This document shows positions 35,287 to 38,463 of a DNA stretch of 38,463 bases, piece after piece (the stretch's first letter is position 1; every line of letters starts with the position of its first letter). The stretch is from Nemertoderma westbladi (taxonomy: Eukaryota; Animalia; Xenacoelomorpha). Below the pieces are notes generated by a model. It was not told the origin of the DNA, did no database searches, and saw only the letters and a list, made by a program, of their open reading frames with translations. The position numbers were made by a program, and so were the translations under genes. Location: contig JAUCBJ010003241.1 of assembly GCA_032718475.1 (NCBI GenBank), forward strand, positions 1 through 38,463. The letters are read 5' to 3'.

Positions 35287-38097
35287 TTATAACAATCGAT
35301 TAAATTTACAATAGGTTAGTAGATTTGCCTCCTTCAATCTAGACGTAAAAATATCTTTGTTGGATGAGTTCACTATGTCATCCGATAAATTATTCCACAT
35401 TGAAACAACTCGGTTACTAAAACGAAATTTACTAATTTGGAGTCTAGCGCGAAATTGAAACAGTTTAAAATTATGACCTCTTGTGTTAAGTGTACTCGCA
35501 CCAGTGAAAAAGGAATCAAAATCCAAATCAACACAATTGTGAATAATGGAGTATGTCATTTTTAAATCGAAAATTAACCTACGGACTTCTAGAGGTTGTA
35601 AGTCCAAAAACTGCAAACGCTCCATGTAGGTTATATTACCTAGTCGGCATCGAGCAAATAACCTACGCGTGAAATAACGCTGGACTCTTTCGATCAGATC
35701 AATGGAGCCCAGTTGGAAAGGGGACCATACGGGAGTACAATATTCTACCAGCGGCCGAACGTACGCTTTATATGCCGTTAATAAAGCTTTTACATTACTG
35801 GTATGGAAGCACCTAAAAATTAAATTTGCGATCTTAAAACCTTTAGCAGCTTGAACTTTACAATGTCGATCGAATTTTAAATTATCGCTAAAAGTTACGC
35901 CTAAATCTCTACATTCTGTATCGGGCTTAAGTAACATACCGTTAAGAAAATATTGTTTCGGGACATCTATTTGTTTACCACCAAAATGAACTACAGTGCA
36001 CTTGTGAGCCGCTATAGTAAGTTGCCATTCGGCTGTCCACTTCTCCAGACTACGAAGTGCTGCGTGAAGCAAATCGCTATCAGATGAACGCGCGTGTATT
36101 TTTAAGTCATCTGCAAATAGATCACAGGAAACGTTTTCTAGTTGTGCAGGAAGATCGTTTACATATAGCAGGAACAATAGCGGCCCCAGTACACTGCCTT
36201 GTACAGTACCAGATATAACCTTTACAAATTCCGAGGTACTATTACCAACAACTACACATTGTCTACGATCACTAAGGAACGCACCAATCCAAAGTAATAA
36301 GTTACCAGTAATTCCGTAACTAGCCAATTTGTGGATCAATTTATTGTGCACAACCGAATCGAATGCTTTGGCTAAGTCAATGTACACCACATCAACTTTA
36401 TGGCGAAAGTCTAATACCTTAAACCATTCGTTTGAACAGGTTAAAAGCTGGGTGCATGTGGATCGACGTTTCATGAATCCGTGTTGCGCCTTCGTTATAA
36501 TTTTATTCGTTCGTAAGTAATCAGCTAGTTCGGATTTAACACAGAGTTCCATTAGCTTGCACGCTACACAGGTAAGTGAAACTGGGCGGTAATTGTATGG
36601 GTCAGTGGGGTTGCCCTTCTTAAATATCGGCACAATATTTGCAGTTAACCACACAGTAGGTAAAGCATGAGTGACAAACGAGACATTAAATATAACAGAC
36701 AACGGACTACATAAACAACGAGCTAACTTAGAATACATGAAGCTAGGTAAACCATCTGGAGTATTACTCACTTTCGCATCCATTTTACGAAGTATAGTAT
36801 ACACGTTTAAGGGAGACAAATTGATTGTTGATTTACTAATATTATTAGGCACTCTATGATTAAAAATAGGTAAAGTGTCATTATCTAATGTTAAGTTTTC
36901 AGAAAAAACCTGAGATAAAATTGTGGACTTAGTACAATCATCGACAACAGTGTCCCCTTTAAATTTCAAGGGTGAAATACCAGATCGGTTGTGTCTCTTA
37001 CTGTTTACAAATTGAAATATTGCATCCGGCTTTCCAGAACTAAGCACATGGTTTTCACGAATGCATTCAGCTCTAAACGCCGCTCTCGCAGTGGCTTTAG
37101 CACAACGTTTGTATTCAGACATTCCATTTATGGTGTGTCTGCGGCGCCATAATGCTTTTTTATTTTTCTGAAGTTTTCTCACATAGGCCGGTAACAGCTT
37201 AGTTCTGGAATTGACCTTGAACATTTTAAATGGCACAAATTTATCAATACCAGATTTTAGTGCATCACTAAGAACAGACCAGTACTCATTAACAGTATTA
37301 CAATTACCAAACGCATTTCGAAAATTATTACGGTCAATAAACTTTGAAAAATCTGCATAGTTAGCGTGTCTAAAATCATAATAACCTAATTTAAGTTCAA
37401 TTGACTCTGTCTGATTAGGTGACAAAATACTAAAACACACACTAGAGTGGTCGCTAGTGGAAAAGGGCGTTGTGACAAATACATCTGAGATAAACAAATC
37501 ATCTGAAGAAAAAACTAAATCTAATGTGTTGTCAAAGCGTGTGGGTTCATGTTGCAATTGAGTTAACCCATTTTCTAGAGAAAAATTAGCAAATAAATTA
37601 TATAACTCGGTATCAGGATGATCATAATTTTTCCAATTCAACGACGGCAAGTTAAAATCGCCAAATATAGCTACGGGATGTTTAGTCTCACATAGCTCAG
37701 TCAGGCAGCGACATAAACTCTCGTCTTTAGCAGACGACCATGATTCCGATGAAGTCTGGGGTCGGTATACACACACCAACCTAGACGGCGTTTGTCCCAC
37801 AAGGTCCAAGGCTACAACTTCAAGATGTGCATAGTCATCTTTATCAAAAACAGACTTTATCTTAACGACTTCTATTCCCTTCCTTACCAAGATGGCAACC
37901 CCTCCTCCTGTAGTACCCGAGCGATCCTGTCGATAGACATTGTAGTTCTCGCCGCCATTTATCATTCGATCTGTGAAGGACTCCGTCATCCACGTCTCCG
38001 TAATTCCAACTACGTCATATTTACCCTCCTTTAGAAATAAATGCAGTTCCGGCAATTTATTTCCCAAGGACTGCGCATTAAAGACGGTACAGTCCAC
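35287..38097 (-). CDS. LINE ORF2: APE endonuclease + reverse transcriptase, uninterrupted
   Basis: APE motifs NAQSL, ITETW, GGGVA, VYRP, GDFN, LDLVF, SDH. RT motifs GPDG-like TPDGL, NYRPVSLT, QHGF, DLAKAFD, QGSVLGPLLF, FADD, DLGV. CR1-type C-terminus (EYCTPVWSP, TRGH..KL, FSNRVV..WN.L). The listed start is GTG. Confidence 0.95.
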   Translation of the reverse strand: MDCTVFNAQSLGNKLPELHLFLKEGKYDVVGITETWMTESFTDRMINGGENYNVYRQDRSGTTGGGVAILVRKGIEVVKIKSVFDKDDYAHLEVVALDLVGQTPSRLVCVYRPQTSSESWSSAKDESLCRCLTELCETKHPVAIFGDFNLPSLNWKNYDHPDTELYNLFANFSLENGLTQLQHEPTRFDNTLDLVFSSDDLFISDVFVTTPFSTSDHSSVCFSILSPNQTESIELKLGYYDFRHANYADFSKFIDRNNFRNAFGNCNTVNEYWSVLSDALKSGIDKFVPFKMFKVNSRTKLLPAYVRKLQKNKKALWRRRHTINGMSEYKRCAKATARAAFRAECIRENHVLSSGKPDAIFQFVNSKRHNRSGISPLKFKGDTVVDDCTKSTILSQVFSENLTLDNDTLPIFNHRVPNNISKSTINLSPLNVYTILRKMDAKVSNTPDGLPSFMYSKLARCLCSPLSVIFNVSFVTHALPTVWLTANIVPIFKKGNPTDPYNYRPVSLTCVACKLMELCVKSELADYLRTNKIITKAQHGFMKRRSTCTQLLTCSNEWFKVLDFRHKVDVVYIDLAKAFDSVVHNKLIHKLASYGITGNLLLWIGAFLSDRRQCVVVGNSTSEFVKVISGTVQGSVLGPLLFLLYVNDLPAQLENVSCDLFADDLKIHARSSDSDLLHAALRSLEKWTAEWQLTIAAHKCTVVHFGGKQIDVPKQYFLNGMLLKPDTECRDLGVTFSDNLKFDRHCKVQAAKGFKIANLIFRCFHTSNVKALLTAYKAYVRPLVEYCTPVWSPFQLGSIDLIERVQRYFTRRLFARCRLGNITYMERLQFLDLQPLEVRRLIFDLKMTYSIIHNCVDLDFDSFFTGASTLNTRGHNFKLFQFRARLQISKFRFSNRVVSMWNNLSDDIVNSSNKDIFTSRLKEANLLTYCKFNRLL

Positions 38098-38126
38098 GAA
38101 TGGGCGGACGCGACTTTCTCCCTGTT

Positions 38127-38463
38127 TCAGTTTCCCTGGTTCGGTACGGTGGTATCTCGAGGTGTGGGAGGGACAGAACGAGGTGAATCCGATCCCGTTC
38201 CCTTTCCCGATGCTCCGTCAAACTGAGAAGCTGGGGTCGATGTGTCGGTGTGGTTAGGAATGGGGGCGGCGGGGGGCAGCAAATTTAATCGAGCTGCGTT
38301 TTTAGGGCGGGATTGTCGACGGAGGAACGCCTGTTTGGACTGTAACTTAGTTAGATCATTGTCAATAAATATATGACTGGTGTTGGTTGACTTATTCAGT
38401 TTTACTTTTTCTTTAAGAACGCGAGACTTGCAGTCTATATTGGTAGCCTGAACAATAATCATT
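38127..38463 (-). CDS. LINE ORF1, C-terminal part (partial)
   Basis: IFIDNDLTKLQ...RR motif typical of CR1/L2-group ORF1 C-termini, followed by a Pro/Ser/Thr-rich tail and TGA at 38129-38127. Confidence 0.8.
   Translation of the reverse strand, partial: MIIVQATNIDCKSRVLKEKVKLNKSTNTSHIFIDNDLTKLQSKQAFLRRQSRPKNAARLNLLPPAAPIPNHTDTSTPASQFDGASGKGTGSDSPRSVPPTPRDTTVPNQGN

Larger units (their letters stand above)
34835..38463 (-). mobile_element. CR1-group LINE (runs off the window end): ORF1 3' part, ORF2, ~450-nt 3' UTR, (TAA)n-type tail
   Basis: ORF1/ORF2 arrangement with a taataataataaaaataataataat tail at ~34835-34858 on the minus strand. Confidence 0.9.

Overview
Animal (invertebrate-like) genomic DNA, AT-rich and rich in transposable elements, with three minus-strand genes each seen as one very large exon: the ~2 kb terminal exon of SETDB1/eggless (4631-6654), an uninterrupted EGFR-family receptor tyrosine kinase (13124-16849) with a shortened domain III, and a tandem PH-like/PH-domain protein (24398-26326). 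Between them lie a decayed CRE-like and a fragmentary RTE-like non-LTR element, each with a 31-bp minisatellite amplified from its own coding sequence. There is also a 3.9-kb foldback-type element with ~0.8-0.9 kb inverted arms, a non-autonomous Helitron, G-rich microsatellites, and a 4.6-kb 27-bp satellite whose unit carries an AP-1/Maf-type palindrome. At the right end is an apparently intact CR1-group LINE whose AUG-less ORF2 overlaps ORF1 in the -1 frame across a canonical G_GGA_AAC slippery site. All family assignments are by motif recognition only; no searches were run.
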